NCBI GenBank assembly: GCA_951406725.2 | Contig: OX597835.1 | Location: forward strand, 28,768,001-28,832,000 | Source: Octopus vulgaris | Taxonomy: Eukaryota | Length of the DNA: 64,000 bases | Direction of reading: 5' to 3' | Part shown: positions 13,175 through 26,025 of the stretch, one piece after another | Layout: each line of letters begins with the position of its first letter | Position numbering within the stretch: position 1 is the stretch's first letter | Notes under the pieces: model-generated | The model's input: only the letters and a program-made list of their open reading frames with translations | Database searches by the model: none | What the model was told of the DNA's origin: nothing | Program-made: the position numbers and the translations under genes

Positions 13175-14675
13175 CATATATACGTACGGATATACATACA
13201 CACACATATACATACATACATGCATACATACAAACATACATACATGCAATTGTGTGAATATATATAGATGGGAAGAGAGATGTGCGTGTGCGTTTATGTG
13301 TCTTTGTGCTTGACCTTACCAGCTGCTTGATAACCAATGCTGGTTTGTTTACGTCCACATAACTCAACGGTTCGAAGACCAATAGATTAAATATAAGAGT
13401 TGAAAATAAGCATTGGAGTCGATTTGTTCGAGTAAACAGTGTCCCATCGCGAAATATATCTTTTATCTTGTTTGAAAATATGGAAGTTATATATTTTTAA
13501 AATGACTAAACAATGTTTATAACAATATACACTTTTCTCACACAACAAATTGTAATTACAATAAACTAGAAGTGGGTTTCTCGTAATTTGCACGACATCT
13601 TTCAGTCGTTTGACATTCCAGCAGAGTTGTATGACGCAACTCAGCTGTCAACTCGGTATAAGCCGCCATAATACTCACTTTCACTCCTTGAATATTCGTA
13701 GGACGAAAGTAATGTAGCCCTTCATTTGATGAATCCCTTACGTAAGCGGTTGCAAGAAAACTCTGGAGATTTCGAAAGGAGATCATTATGCTTTCCATCT
13801 GATCGAACCAAATTGTGCATTCATGGATTTGATTACCGTAGAAATTTTTTAAATTGTTATATAAAGTTTTTAATATTCTTATAAAATGATATAACTCACC
13901 AAATTATAAAGGAAATATATATATAAAGGATAAATATATAGAGTGTAGTATTTACTGAATATACGACAAAATACAGTCGGCCAGTTTAAGTTGTTCAAGC
14001 TTTTATGTATATATGTATGTATGTTCGTATGTATGTATGTATGTTTATATGTATGTATGTACGTACGTACGTACGTATGTATGTATGTATGTATGTATGT
14101 ATGTATGTATGTATGTATGTATGTATGTATGTATGTATGTATGTATGTATGTCATTGTTCAGTCTTATTTCAAGATTTGTTGCCAGTAGAGGAAGAGTTG
14201 GTTTCCCACCTACATCCAAGGCTCCTTCATTGGCATTTCAACATCAGCAACAGGGTATTTTTGTATGTATGTATGTATGCATGTATGTATGCACGAACGT
14301 ATGTATGCATGTATGCATATGTGCAGACTTGTATGTTTTTGTATTATTTATGTATACTAATGCATATAGTTGCATATCTAGACATGCACACATATATATA
14401 AATGATAAACTTCTGGAAAGTTTTACAGAGTTTTACAGTTCCATTGATGGATTGAATCTGTAGTCTTCGAATTACCTTTCTCCTTTCTGGTTTCGAGAAG
14501 ATTAATTTCTCAACATAAATATTTAGGCAGTGTGTTGTATGGACTTGTGTCTCGGAGGGGAACTTTCCAGGTGTAATCTCATGGTAATTCATAACCGAAG
14601 GGGGACTTTACCCATACTTATGTATGTATGTATGTATGTATGTATGTATGTATGTATGTATGTATGTATGTATGT

Positions 14676-15055
14676 ATGTCCGACAGATATGATTAGTATG
14701 GTGTGATACACCACCACCAGTGGCCAGGTTGTCACTCATCTGAGTCATAGAGCAAGACAGATGAGTGACAACCTGGCCACTGGTGGTGGTGTAACACACC
14801 ATACTAATCATATCTGTCGGGCATGTGGAAGAGAGTGTAATTCGGCAGGAGGACTTAAACGACATGCAAAGGTACATGAAGCCCAGTTACAACTACAGCC
14901 GGCTATTACCTATAAAGCTTTTAGTTGCCAATTCTGTACAAGACATTGTAGATCTTTGGCTGGGCTAAAAAGTCACATTCGATCACAGCACCAGTAACAG
15001 TTAAGCTTCGTGCAATGGCCATACTCGATAACGAGGGGGCAGCCATAATAATAAT
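14676..15055 (+). mobile_element. 3' end of an RTE-type LINE with two C2H2 zinc fingers and a 5' foldback inversion
   Basis: ORF 14761-14997 CRACGREC..GLKRHAKVH / CQFCTRHC..GLKSHIRSQH, short 3' UTR, (TAA)3 tail; 67-bp inverted arms 14676-14742 and 14758-14824. Confidence 0.75.
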
Positions 15056-15456
15056 GCATGTATGTATTTGTGTCTATTCTGCTTTTAATCTTTTAAATTC
15101 ACCCTTTGAGGAAGGAACTGGTTTCTAAGAAAGAAACAAAGATCCATTTTTGGAATGTAGATGACAAAATTAAAGTCACATTTTAAACTTAACAAAAGTT
15201 TTGAGCCATTTCACTGAAGTATATAAATGTGAGTTTATAATCCGGATATAGAATTCGAAGAAGTTGTCCATAGTTATATTCTTTCTCTTTAATTTTTCAA
15301 AGAGATAATCACATCAGCAGGACAGCCGATTTCTATTATGGTACATACTTTTTCTTGTCTCTCCCAAGCATCTATACCTGGCATGTCTATATTTCACCAA
15401 TATTTTGTGTATGTATGTATGTATGTATGTATGTATGTATGTATGTATGAATGTCA

Positions 15457-15534
15457 GGTCACTTTCGAGTGCTACTGGTAACATGTAACCCAATACAACC
15501 TGTTGCATGGTCGGGTCATCGGCGACTAAACTGG
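15457..15534 (+). ncRNA. Candidate HDV-like ribozyme
   Basis: CCAAT(P2)-ACA-ACCTGT-TGC-ATGGTC-GG-GTCATCGGCGA-C-TAA-ACTGG(P2') order fits the HDV double pseudoknot, with mismatches. Confidence 0.45.
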
Positions 15535-16005
15535 CAATCCCACCAAGCTTGCTTGGTGAGGAGGGTGTTTATTGGACACCCTGCGGGATGAAAAACAAAA
15601 ACCCGTCAAAGGGCGGAGGAACTCTTGAGAGTCAACGGCCATCCAATAAATGTCTTAAGGCTGTATCATGCGCGGGGACATAGAAATAATCGGACTGAAT
15701 ACCCGATTGCGCAGTTAAACCATTGGGAGTGAAGAACTCCTAGCCTTTGTTAGGGCATCCTTCTAGCAGAAGGTAACTCAGGTAACTGGGATAACTCCGA
15801 CATAAAACCTGCAGCTCAGTGGTTACCGATGATGTTGACTTGTTCTTCTTTTCGGATTATGGCTGCTGTTGCTTAGTGAGTGGGATTGACTCAGTGCACA
15901 GCCTTTCCTCACTTCAAAAAAAATCTTCTTGCATAGGCATTGCATGATAACAATATTGATTAAGCTTCGAGCAATGGCCATACGAGGGGGCAGCCACCAT
16001 ACCAT
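15457..16005 (+). mobile_element. Non-autonomous RTE derivative (5' UTR-like body plus shared 3' tail)
   Basis: GGGCATCCTTCTAGCAGAAGGTAACTC resembles RTE 5' UTRs; 3' TAAGCTTCG.GCAATGGCCATAC..GAGGGGGCAGCCA shared with 15002-15046; no ORF. Confidence 0.7.
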
Positions 16006-16411
16006 GTATCTTTGTACGTATGTGAATGTATGTATCTATGTGTAGGTATGTATCTATCTAGCTGTCTAAGAAAACGCTTTTCTCTCACTCACTCACTTCT
16101 CTCTCTACTGGCGCACTCGTACGTGTCTGTATTTGCGTGTATGTAAGTGTATATATTTAAGTATGTGTCTTCGAAAACATACTTGCATATACATTCTATT
16201 TACGCACACCGATTTATGCACACACTTTCACATACACATATATACATTCTTTCATAGTTTTACTTGTTTCGGTCATTTGACTGCTCACATGCTGGAGCAC
16301 GACCTTGAATAAATATATATATATAATTTAGGTTAGTTGAAATATGCTTGTCACATATTTCAACTAACGCAAATAGTGATTTTACGTAAACACGGCTTAG
16401 CACATTCACTC

Positions 16412-16479
<68 letters not shown>

Positions 16480-16481
<2 letters not shown>

Positions 16482-16835
16482 AGCACTCCGTCGGTTACGA
16501 CGACGAGGGTTCCAGTTGATTCGATCAACGGAACAACCTGCTCATAAAATTAAGGTGCAAGTGGCTGAGTATTCCACATACACGTGTACCGTTAACGCAG
16601 TTCTATGGAGGTTCAGCGTGAAAATACAAGTACAAGAGAAACAGGAAGAAAGAGTGAAAGAAAGTTGTGAAAGTGAAAGGAATACAGCAGGGTTCGCTAG
16701 CACTCCCTGCTGGAGCTTCGTGGAGCTTGAGGTGTTTTCGCTCAATAATCACTCAGAACTCCCGGTCTGGGAATCGAAACCGCGATCCTATGACCGCGAT
16801 GCGCTGCCCTAATTACTTGGCCATTGAGCCTCACA
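16480..16835 (-). mobile_element. tRNA-derived SINE family C
   Basis: Reverse complement is colinear with 28823-29215. Confidence 0.9.
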
Positions 16836-16839
16836 CACA

Positions 16840-16962
16840 TTCTTCTTCTTCTTCTTCTTCTTCTTCTTCTTCTTCTTCTTCTTCTTCTTCTTCTTCTTCT
16901 TCTTCTTCTTCTTCTTCTTCTTCTTCTTCTTCTTCTTCTTCTTCTTCTTCTTCTTTTTCTTC
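16840..16962. repeat. (TTC)n microsatellite
   Basis: Direct reading. Confidence 0.97.
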
Positions 16963-17065
16963 AAACAACTGACAAGCAACTCTGTGGTATTGAGCAGAAT
17001 ATTTGCTGCAGCCCATCTTTTATACCAAGACAAAACAATGTACATGTACATGATATTATTATTAT

Positions 17066-17304
<239 letters not shown>

Positions 17305-17857
17305 GAGTGAGAGAGCAGTGCATGCCATCAAAGTGACACTGGGGTAAAATATACGAAACCCAGTATACCCTTCATGACTACCCGTCTGATAAGGGTACAC
17401 CAGGCACATGCATCACAACCATATGTGCGCGACATGGTGATCTCATATCAAGATAAACAGCACATGACCTTGCACGTGGGGCCCAGTTAGAATTTTCTTC
17501 AGGTTGAGTAGCCCATCCCGCTCAAAAGGTCCCTGAATAAGGGTTGTTTAAGGATGTTGAAAGAACCACCCATGTTTCCAGAGGTGAATTATTCAAACCC
17601 CAAAGAATCCCTCTCAACACATGGCTATGATGCTCCCCACTACTTCTGCTCGTGATCAGAGATGCACATATCGTCAGCCACTAAGGGACATGCTCAACTG
17701 GTTAAGGTCAAACAACTGACAAGCAAATCTGTGGTATTGAGCAGAATATTTGCTGTAGCCCATCTTTTATACCAAGACAAAACAATGTACATGATAACAC
17801 TTCCAATCAGTTAAGATCAGAAGCCATGAGAGCCACTGCCTGGTACTGCATCAGGGC

Positions 17858-17861
<4 letters not shown>
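17305..17861 (-). mobile_element. ~555-bp non-coding element embedded in (TAA)n (copy 1); strand inferred
   Basis: Nearly identical to 37396-37953; long (TTA)n on both sides. Confidence 0.9.
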
Positions 17862-17945
<84 letters not shown>

Positions 17946-17973
17946 ATCATTATTATTAAAAACATATACTAAT

Positions 17974-18383
17974 GGCGCAGGAGTGGCTGTGTGGTAAGTA
18001 GCTTGTTTACCAACCACATGGTTCCGGGTTCAGTCCCACTGCGCGGCACCTTGGGTAAGTGTCTTCTACTAAGCCTCGGGCCGACCAAAGCCTTGTGAGT
18101 GGATTTGGTAGACGGAAACTGAAAGAAGCCCGTCGTATATATGTATATATATATGCGTGTGTGTGTTTCTGTGTCTGTGTTGGTCCCCTAGCATTGCTTG
18201 ACAACCGATGCTGGTGTGTTTATGTCCCCGTCACTTAGCGGTTCGGCAAAAGAGACCGATAGAATAAGTACTGGGCTTACAAAAGAATAAGTCCCGGGGT
18301 CGAGTTGCTCGATTAAAGGCGGTGCTCCAGCATGGCCGCAGTCAAATGACTGAAACAAGTAAAAGAGTAAAAGAGTAAAGAGT
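17974..18383 (+). mobile_element. SINE family A, full length
   Basis: GGCGCAGGAGTGGCTGTGTGGTAAG..GGTTCAGTCCC head, AAAGAGT tail repeats. Confidence 0.93.
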
Positions 18384-18416
18384 AATGTATATTCTTTGTG
18401 CATTTTCTAGTAGCTG

Positions 18417-18515
18417 CAATGGCGTAGCGAAGTATATAAACTCTCATGTCGCCGGTGTTAGAACACCTTGGTCATGGACAGGCAACAGGAGAATATATAC
18501 TCCGCTACGCCACAG
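18417..18515. mobile_element. Short MITE-like foldback
   Basis: TGGCGTAGCGAAGTATATA / TATATACTCCGCTACGCCA inverted termini. Confidence 0.6.
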
Positions 18516-18882
18516 CAGCCACCGGGAAAATTCACAAAGCATATACTTTAATATATGTATTTAACGATATTCATTACATTTGAGCTGCTTTTACTTCAGA
18601 TGTGAATATATATATTTGTTGTTTGGAGCCCCAGGATACATGATGTTGATTACCTCGTTTCGATGGCGTACAAGTAATCGATATTACAACATTCTGTGTA
18701 CAGAATGCCGATCTGGTGCTAGATTCAGGGCGAGAAATTTTGAGGGAGGGACGAAACTGATGTCATTGACCCCAGTACTTGATTGGTACTTTATTTTGTC
18801 GACAATGAGACGACGAAAGGTAAAGTTCATGGGATTTGAAGAAATGCAACCAAACAGCGAATCCGTCAGATGGCTTTATATA

Positions 18883-19089
18883 TACAGGGTGTTCAAAAAG
18901 TCTCTCCGCAGTGAGTTTTTATTTTCTCCAAGTTGTATTTCAAAACATGTGTTGAAGAGTCAGCTTGTGCATTGAAAATGAAGGACGACACTTTCAACAC
19001 CTCTTATAAAGATTTTTTCTTAAAGTCTTGTAAAGTCTAATATATTTTTTTGCACTCTTATACCATCTTATAAATACTGCACCCCATAT
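18883..19089. mobile_element. Tc1/mariner-type MITE remnant
   Basis: TATACAGGGTG..CACCCCATATA termini flanked by TA. Confidence 0.5.
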
Positions 19090-19101
19090 ATATATATATA
19101 T

Positions 19102-19288
19102 ACTCTTTTACTCTTTTATTTGTTTCAGTCATTTGACTGCGGCCATGCTGGAGCACCACTTTTAGTCGAGGAAATCGACCCCAGGACTTATTGTTTGTAA
19201 GCCTAGTACTTATTCTAAGAAAACGGGACTGAACCCGGAACCATGTGGTTGGTAAGCAAGCTACTTACCACACAGCCACACCTGCGCC
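19102..19288 (-). mobile_element. SINE family A with internal deletion
   Basis: Head and tail present, middle missing. Confidence 0.88.
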
Positions 19289-20449
19289 TGTATATATATA
19301 TATATATATATATGTAATGGAGAAATTATACAAAATGTATAAATAAATGATGAATAAATCACCGGCACAGTTTCGATTACCTGTTGTTATCCGTAGATTT
19401 ATTGCAGGAACTTCGTAGTGGCGGTTAGGGTAACAATATTAATAAAATAGATGGAATGAGTAAAATATTTTATTGGGTACGACACATGCTTCGAGGCGTT
19501 CAGGTTCTCTTTGAGTACATCAATAGAAAAAATGTCTTACTAGAGATTTTTTGATTCGGTTTTACGTGTCGCTATATGTCCATCAACTTTGAGAGTGAAT
19601 AAAAAAACAGAGCAAAATTGAAACTCAAAAAATTCAGATATGAACGTGAAAACTATACATTCTAGTTTAGAGAAAATGACGTAATGAGCCTTCGCTGTTG
19701 TAACTGTTAAGAGAAAGAAAATGATGTAGAAGTTGAAAGGAAGATAATACTTAGACGAAAGATTTTTTTTTGTTCGTGCTTAGATGCACCCATACATACA
19801 CAGATACATATATGTACGCACATATGCATTGGCGCTCACATACGCACATCCAAGCATATGGGTATATACATACTGTTAGCTCCCCCGTCGTTTTCTCTAA
19901 TTCCCCTTTCACCGTTTTCTATCTGTCTCTCTCTTCCCATCTTTTTCCTTCTCTATCTCTCATCGCTCAGTCGTAACCATCGTCCATCTTTCTTTACTTC
20001 ATGTGACCATCGTTATTTTCTTTCAAGTTTGTCCTAAGAACTGGATGTATCCTATATCACACTTTTCCATCTTTTTTCTTGTCATAGAAGATATTTCTCC
20101 AGGGTTCGCTATTTTAACTGTCTAACGACACTCCATGTTTGTTTTCGTTCGGTTTCCTTGTATGTCTCCACTGTCCTGTTTTTGTTCCCAATTTTGACCC
20201 TCCATAAATCCAAAATTATATTTTGGTACATATGGGAGCAACTGTCTTCGAAGACACTATGCTCAAAATGCTGAGTAGATAGACAGCCCACAACTGACGA
20301 AGAGTCGTTCTTTGTGTTACTTGTCCTGTTTTCCACTTGTTTCTCTTGTTGCTTGCGTATTGAACTCATTTGTGTTCGTATTTCATGTTGCTTACTGTTG
20401 GTAACGTCCTGTATTCATATATGCATATGTATATATGTGTGTGTATATG

Positions 20450-20535
<86 letters not shown>

Positions 20536-20541
<6 letters not shown>

Positions 20542-20867
20542 TGAATTGAAGAAATGGAGTTGAACGAAGATTGAACAGAATTCCTTTTATTGCATTCTAC
20601 ACATGTTTCAAAAGCCACAATTTTCCAAATTCTGATTAAATAAGGATACCATATTGTGGCTTTCTCGTTCAAATTGCTTTGCTGCGCCTCTGTTCTGTTT
20701 TGTTCTGCCTAACGGAATTCCTATTTTTTTCCTGAAGAGAAAGCCACAATATGGTATCCTTATTTAATCAGAATTTGGAAAATTGTGGCTTTTGAAACAT
20801 GTGTAGAATGCAATAAAAGGAATTCTGTTCAATCTTCGTTCAACTCCATTTCTTCAATTCACTAATA
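20536..20867. mobile_element. Penelope-like terminal structure: 131-bp inverted repeat next to (TA)n
   Basis: Arms 20536-20666 and 20737-20867 are reverse complements; the right arm carries most of a hammerhead and AATAAA. Confidence 0.85.
20729..20808 (+). ncRNA. Minimal type-I hammerhead ribozyme with intact core
   Basis: TTC-CTGAAGA-GAAAGCCACAAT..ATTGTGGCTTTT-GAAA-CATGTG-TA-GAA; 12-bp stem II; GUA site at 20805. Confidence 0.75.
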
Positions 20868-21047
20868 ATATTAAAATTCAATTATCCGCACAACGCACGG
20901 TTGCAACACCAAATGGTTTTATCTCCAACCGTGCTTTCTTCTGCTGTGATTTTTGCTACCAAGGTATCGGTTAAACTTTTGATTAATCTGCAACAAGATT
21001 ATTCATCTTTCTATTTTACCAAACATATATATATATATATACATATA

Positions 21048-21091
<44 letters not shown>

Positions 21092-21092
21092 G

Positions 21093-21430
21093 AAGTGGCT
21101 GTGTGGTAAGTAGCTTGTTTATCAACCACATGGTTCCGGGTTCAGTCCCACTGCGTGACACCTAGTGCAAGTGTCTTCTACTATAGCCTCGGGCCGACCA
21201 AATCCTTGTGAGTGGATTTGGTAGACGGAAACTGAAAGAAGCCCGTCGTATATATGTATATATATATATATGCGTGTGTGTGTTTGTCCCCTGTGCTTGA
21301 CAACCGATGATGGTGTGTTTATGTCCCCGTTACCTAGACCGATAGAATAAGTACTGGGCTTACAAAAGAATAAGTCTCGGGGTCGAGTTGCTCGATTAAA
21401 CAAGTAAAAGAGTAAAAGAGTAAAGATAAG
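21093..21430 (+). mobile_element. SINE family A with small deletions
   Basis: Colinear with 17974-18383. Confidence 0.9.
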
Positions 21431-21987
21431 AGTATATATACGCATACATACATTCGTGCATATATACATACACGTGCACATAAAGATTGCATATGTACAT
21501 GCATCTACTCTGATACAAATACACCCAAACACACAGGCACATATGTACATACCACCTCATCAATGTGGCTTTTCCCGCCCGCCCACTCCCCATGCTGTAT
21601 ACCCATTTTTATATGCTATGCTTACAGCCAAACACCTATACGTCTTTCAATATATTGATTGAACCACAAAGGAAAACATGATGTATGCATATGTATATAT
21701 AAATAAATATATATGTATGTGTACCTGTGTGTGTGTGCGCGCGCATCTGTGTACATGTATTTATGAATGTATATATAGTATGTGTACATGTATATATCAT
21801 GTGTGTGTATAAATATATATATAAATATATAATGTATGTATATATATATCTATGTACATACGTATGCATGTATACATAATTTATATATATATAAATATAT
21901 GTATGTATATCTATATATAAGTACGTACATACGTGTGTATGCATACATGGATTTATATATACATACATATGTATACACACACACACC

Positions 21988-22018
<31 letters not shown>

Positions 22019-22044
22019 GGGTGTGTGTGTATATATATATATGG

Positions 22045-22076
<32 letters not shown>

Positions 22077-22507
22077 GGGGGTGTGTCTATATATATATAT
22101 ATATATATATGTATCTATGTATATGTGTAAATATTCTTATTTATATATCGATATTTATAATTTATAATTGTGTATACATTTTATACGCATTGACGCACAC
22201 ATATGCTTCGTCTTTCTCTCTCTCTCTCTCTCTCCCTCACTCCCTCCTCTCTTCCTCTCTCCCTCCCCTTCTCCTTCTCTCTCTCCCTCTCCCTCTCTCA
22301 TATCCGCGCATATACACATTATCAGTCACACAAATATATGTGTATATATGAATAGATATCTATGTGTGGATATATATATATCTATTTTCTCAATTTTTAG
22401 TTTTTATATATATATTTAATTATTTATTTATTCCTACATTTATTTATTTTTCATTCAATCATTTATACGTTTATTTAATTAATTCTTTAGTTTTGTTTTG
22501 TGTATAG

Positions 22508-22657
22508 CAAGAAGCGAAGATAGTAGATATCAATCTGACCCAGCCATCCGACCGATCAACCAGCCACGCCCCATCTTCAGTGCTTAGGATTTCACGACGA
22601 TCGATTGAGCAAGCTGCCAACGGATTGACCCACCAACACCACCACCACCACCATTGA
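22508..22657 (+). CDS. Candidate terminal coding exon of an unidentified host gene
   Basis: T-rich tract plus TAG acceptor at 22507; phase 0 reads QEAKIVDINLTQPSDRSTSHAPSSVLRISRRSIEQAANGLTHQHHHHHH*; alternative phase RSEDSRYQSDPAIRPINQPRPIFSA*. Confidence 0.35.
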   Translation, partial: QEAKIVDINLTQPSDRSTSHAPSSVLRISRRSIEQAANGLTHQHHHHHH

Positions 22658-22669
22658 GTAAAACAACAA

Positions 22670-22701
<32 letters not shown>

Positions 22702-22835
22702 GCAGCAGCAGCAGCAGCAACAACAACAAGAACAACTAGACAGCCTGACAGTCAGACAGGCAGCCACACCCGTATTAATAGCTTACATATGGACGTTTAG
22801 CCGAGAAGAAAGTAGAGAAAAAATGTGTGTGTATG

Positions 22836-22868
<33 letters not shown>

Positions 22869-22908
22869 ATATTTATATATATGTATATATATATATTTAT
22901 GTATATAC

Positions 22909-22965
<57 letters not shown>

Positions 22966-23181
22966 TATGTATATATATGTGTATGTGTGCATGTATATAT
23001 ATATAGGTATACATGTGTATCTAGATGTATGTATTATGCATGTATGTATATATATATTTATGTATATACATATATATATACATATATATACATACATATA
23101 TATGTATATATATATGTGTATGTGTGCGTGTATATATATAGGTATACATGTATGTCTAGATGTATGTATTATGCATGTATG

Positions 23182-23229
<48 letters not shown>

Positions 23230-23593
23230 AAAGACAGAGAAAGAGAGGATGAAAGTTTTGTGTGTGAGTGAATAGGAAAGGAAATAATAGTAAAATACTA
23301 AAAAAAAACAGAAAAAAATGAAGAAAAATAACACAAAATACATCTAATAAATAACAATATTTTAGATCTATTTTTTTTGTTTTTGTTTTCGATTCTTCTC
23401 ATTGTTATTACCATTGTTGTTGCTATTGTAGGTGTTGTTATTGTTGTTGTCATCGTCGTCGTTTCTGTCGTTGATACTCTTCGGATTTTTCGCGATATTC
23501 TTTGAATAATCTGTTTAATAGAACGGCGTCTTTTAGTAGTTCTCCCTTGCTTCTTTCACTTTGTCTTTCTCTCATTTTCTCTCTCTCACACGC

Positions 23594-23648
<55 letters not shown>

Positions 23649-23876
23649 TATATACATATATACATATATATATACACATATATGTATGTATAGATAATAT
23701 ATGTATGTACGTATGAATGTTTATATATATATATATATATATAGTCATACGTACATACACGTGGATACACACAAAGACATACATGCATATATAATTATTA
23801 TATATATATATATGTATGTATATATATGTGTGTGTGTGTATTACATATATATATATATATATATATATATAGCGAG

Positions 23877-23958
<82 letters not shown>

Positions 23959-24280
23959 GTAGAGTTGTGTGCATTGTATATAAACCTATGCACCAATTTT
24001 AATGATGTCACCGGGAGTAAATTATGAAACGGCTGTAATCCCTAAGAAATTAGTAAAATATTTTGCTTCGCACAGTTTCCTTTTTCTGTTCTATTTTTCT
24101 CTTTTTTACTTATTATATATTCCGCATTCGGAAAAATGCTAATGATATATCCTGAATTTTCAATATTATCACCCTGTCAAATTACGTCGTAATTTAATTA
24201 CCGTTCGACCTGATAACTGGTTCCCCGGCTGTAGTGTTTACGCTGAATTCTTAGAACCGTATTTCTGCTTGATACACACA

Positions 24281-24357
<77 letters not shown>

Positions 24358-24573
24358 TATATATATATATACTCAAAATTCCTAGAACCGTATTTCTGCT
24401 TGGTAGATATATATATATATATAAATTTTAAAAATTCAAAAGATGTCGATGTAACTTTAATATAATTTATTAACCGCTAAAACTTAACATGTTCTCTTAC
24501 AGCTGTTTCAGTTTTGCCCAAAGAATTAAATTCAGTAATTTACTCTATTTCAACTTATATATATGCATGTGTG

Positions 24574-24635
<62 letters not shown>

Positions 24636-25389
24636 AATAAATGGAGTTGAAATAGACAGAGACTATGTATGAAGATAATATATTTCAAATTATCATCAGG
24701 ACATTTGCTTTGTGTTGGCTCCTGTAGTTTCGTTTTCATTGTGAACGACTTTTATGCAATTTCTACCGCATCTTATAAAAGCCTAGATTAAACATCATCA
24801 GTCACGTGCTTACTTTCTCTGACATGCGTATATTAATGAATGTTCATTTTATCTTTGTACTGTGACGTATATTACAACAGCAACGTCTATGTTTAATGGT
24901 AACTGTAGAATGGATGTATTATCTTCTAATACTTTTTCTCTTGTTTCGCTTTATACTGCGTTGGACAGTACATTGCAAATGTGGTATTGTTAATGCATAG
25001 TTAGTCTATGAAAGAGATTGTGCACATATGGCCAATTTAACTGATGTGCTTGATAATGTGGAATTCAGAGAAACGATCAGATTTTGGTAGGAAAAAACAG
25101 CAAACATGACAACTGGCCACTACCAAAGGGAAACTACAGAATCCCCCTCCCCCAGAAAAAGCGTATCCTATTAACGAGACTGATATAGTATGGAAACCTC
25201 GATAAAAGTGAATTTTGGAACTACATTGTGTCAAACAAACAGCAAAGGTTATATACAGAATTACGAAATTAATCATTAATGAAAGTGAATGATGTGTATG
25301 ACTTTCAGTGTGTGCGTGCGTGTATGTGTTGGTGTATGTGTGTATGTATGTGTGTGCATATATAGGTATATATGCATAATGTATGTATA

Positions 25390-25925
25390 TCTTCTCCGAC
25401 CCACCCCTTCCATATTTCAAACGAGCTCACAACCTGTGCGATCTCCTGGTCCACAGTTTCTTCCCAAATCCCACCTCGTAACCTGGTTCGTTCCCCTGAA
25501 CCCATCCACGCTGCTGCACTTGCTCCTACTTCGCCAATACCACCATCCACACAGGCACCCATCATCGTCCCTATCATATCACCGACTCCTTTACATGCAC
25601 TTCTAGCAATGCAATTTAGTGCATCTCCTACTCTTTCTGCTCTGTACATCGGTCAAACGGGACGCCGCTTGGCTGACCGGTTCGCAGAGAATCTCCGAGA
25701 CATTAGACTCGGCAATGACACCCCGGTCTCGCGCCATTTCCGGTCTACCGGTCATTCACCTGCCTGTGTTTGGTTTGTCTTTGGACAGGGGCCATCTGGA
25801 CTCCCGCCTTTGCTGCGAACAGGTATTAATCTTCAATCTTCGCTCCTTTGCATCACATGGGCTCAACTCCCCACTTTTCTTCATATAACTCCTCCTCTTC
25901 TCTCTTCATCTGACACCTGCTTCCT
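25390..25925 (+). mobile_element. Penelope-like element fragment, GIY-YIG endonuclease
   Basis: ALYIGQTGRRLADRFAENLRDIRLGNDTPVSRHFRSTGHS in ORF 25372-26043; frameshifted; ends in (TA)n. Confidence 0.88.
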
Positions 25926-25939
25926 GTCTACACTCCTAC

Positions 25940-26025
<86 letters not shown>

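Noticed and set aside
14761-14997. Host C2H2 zinc-finger gene
   Set aside because: Followed by a LINE-type tail shared with another repeat and preceded by a foldback; no TGEKP linker or splice context
16332-16368. 15-bp perfect hairpin (also a 13-bp hairpin at 59089-59120) as pre-miRNA
   Set aside because: Stems are too short and AT-rich; more likely local foldback duplications
24672-24702. CTGATGA..GAAA hammerhead on the minus strand
   Set aside because: Only 6 nt between the boxes (no stem II), and stem I does not pair
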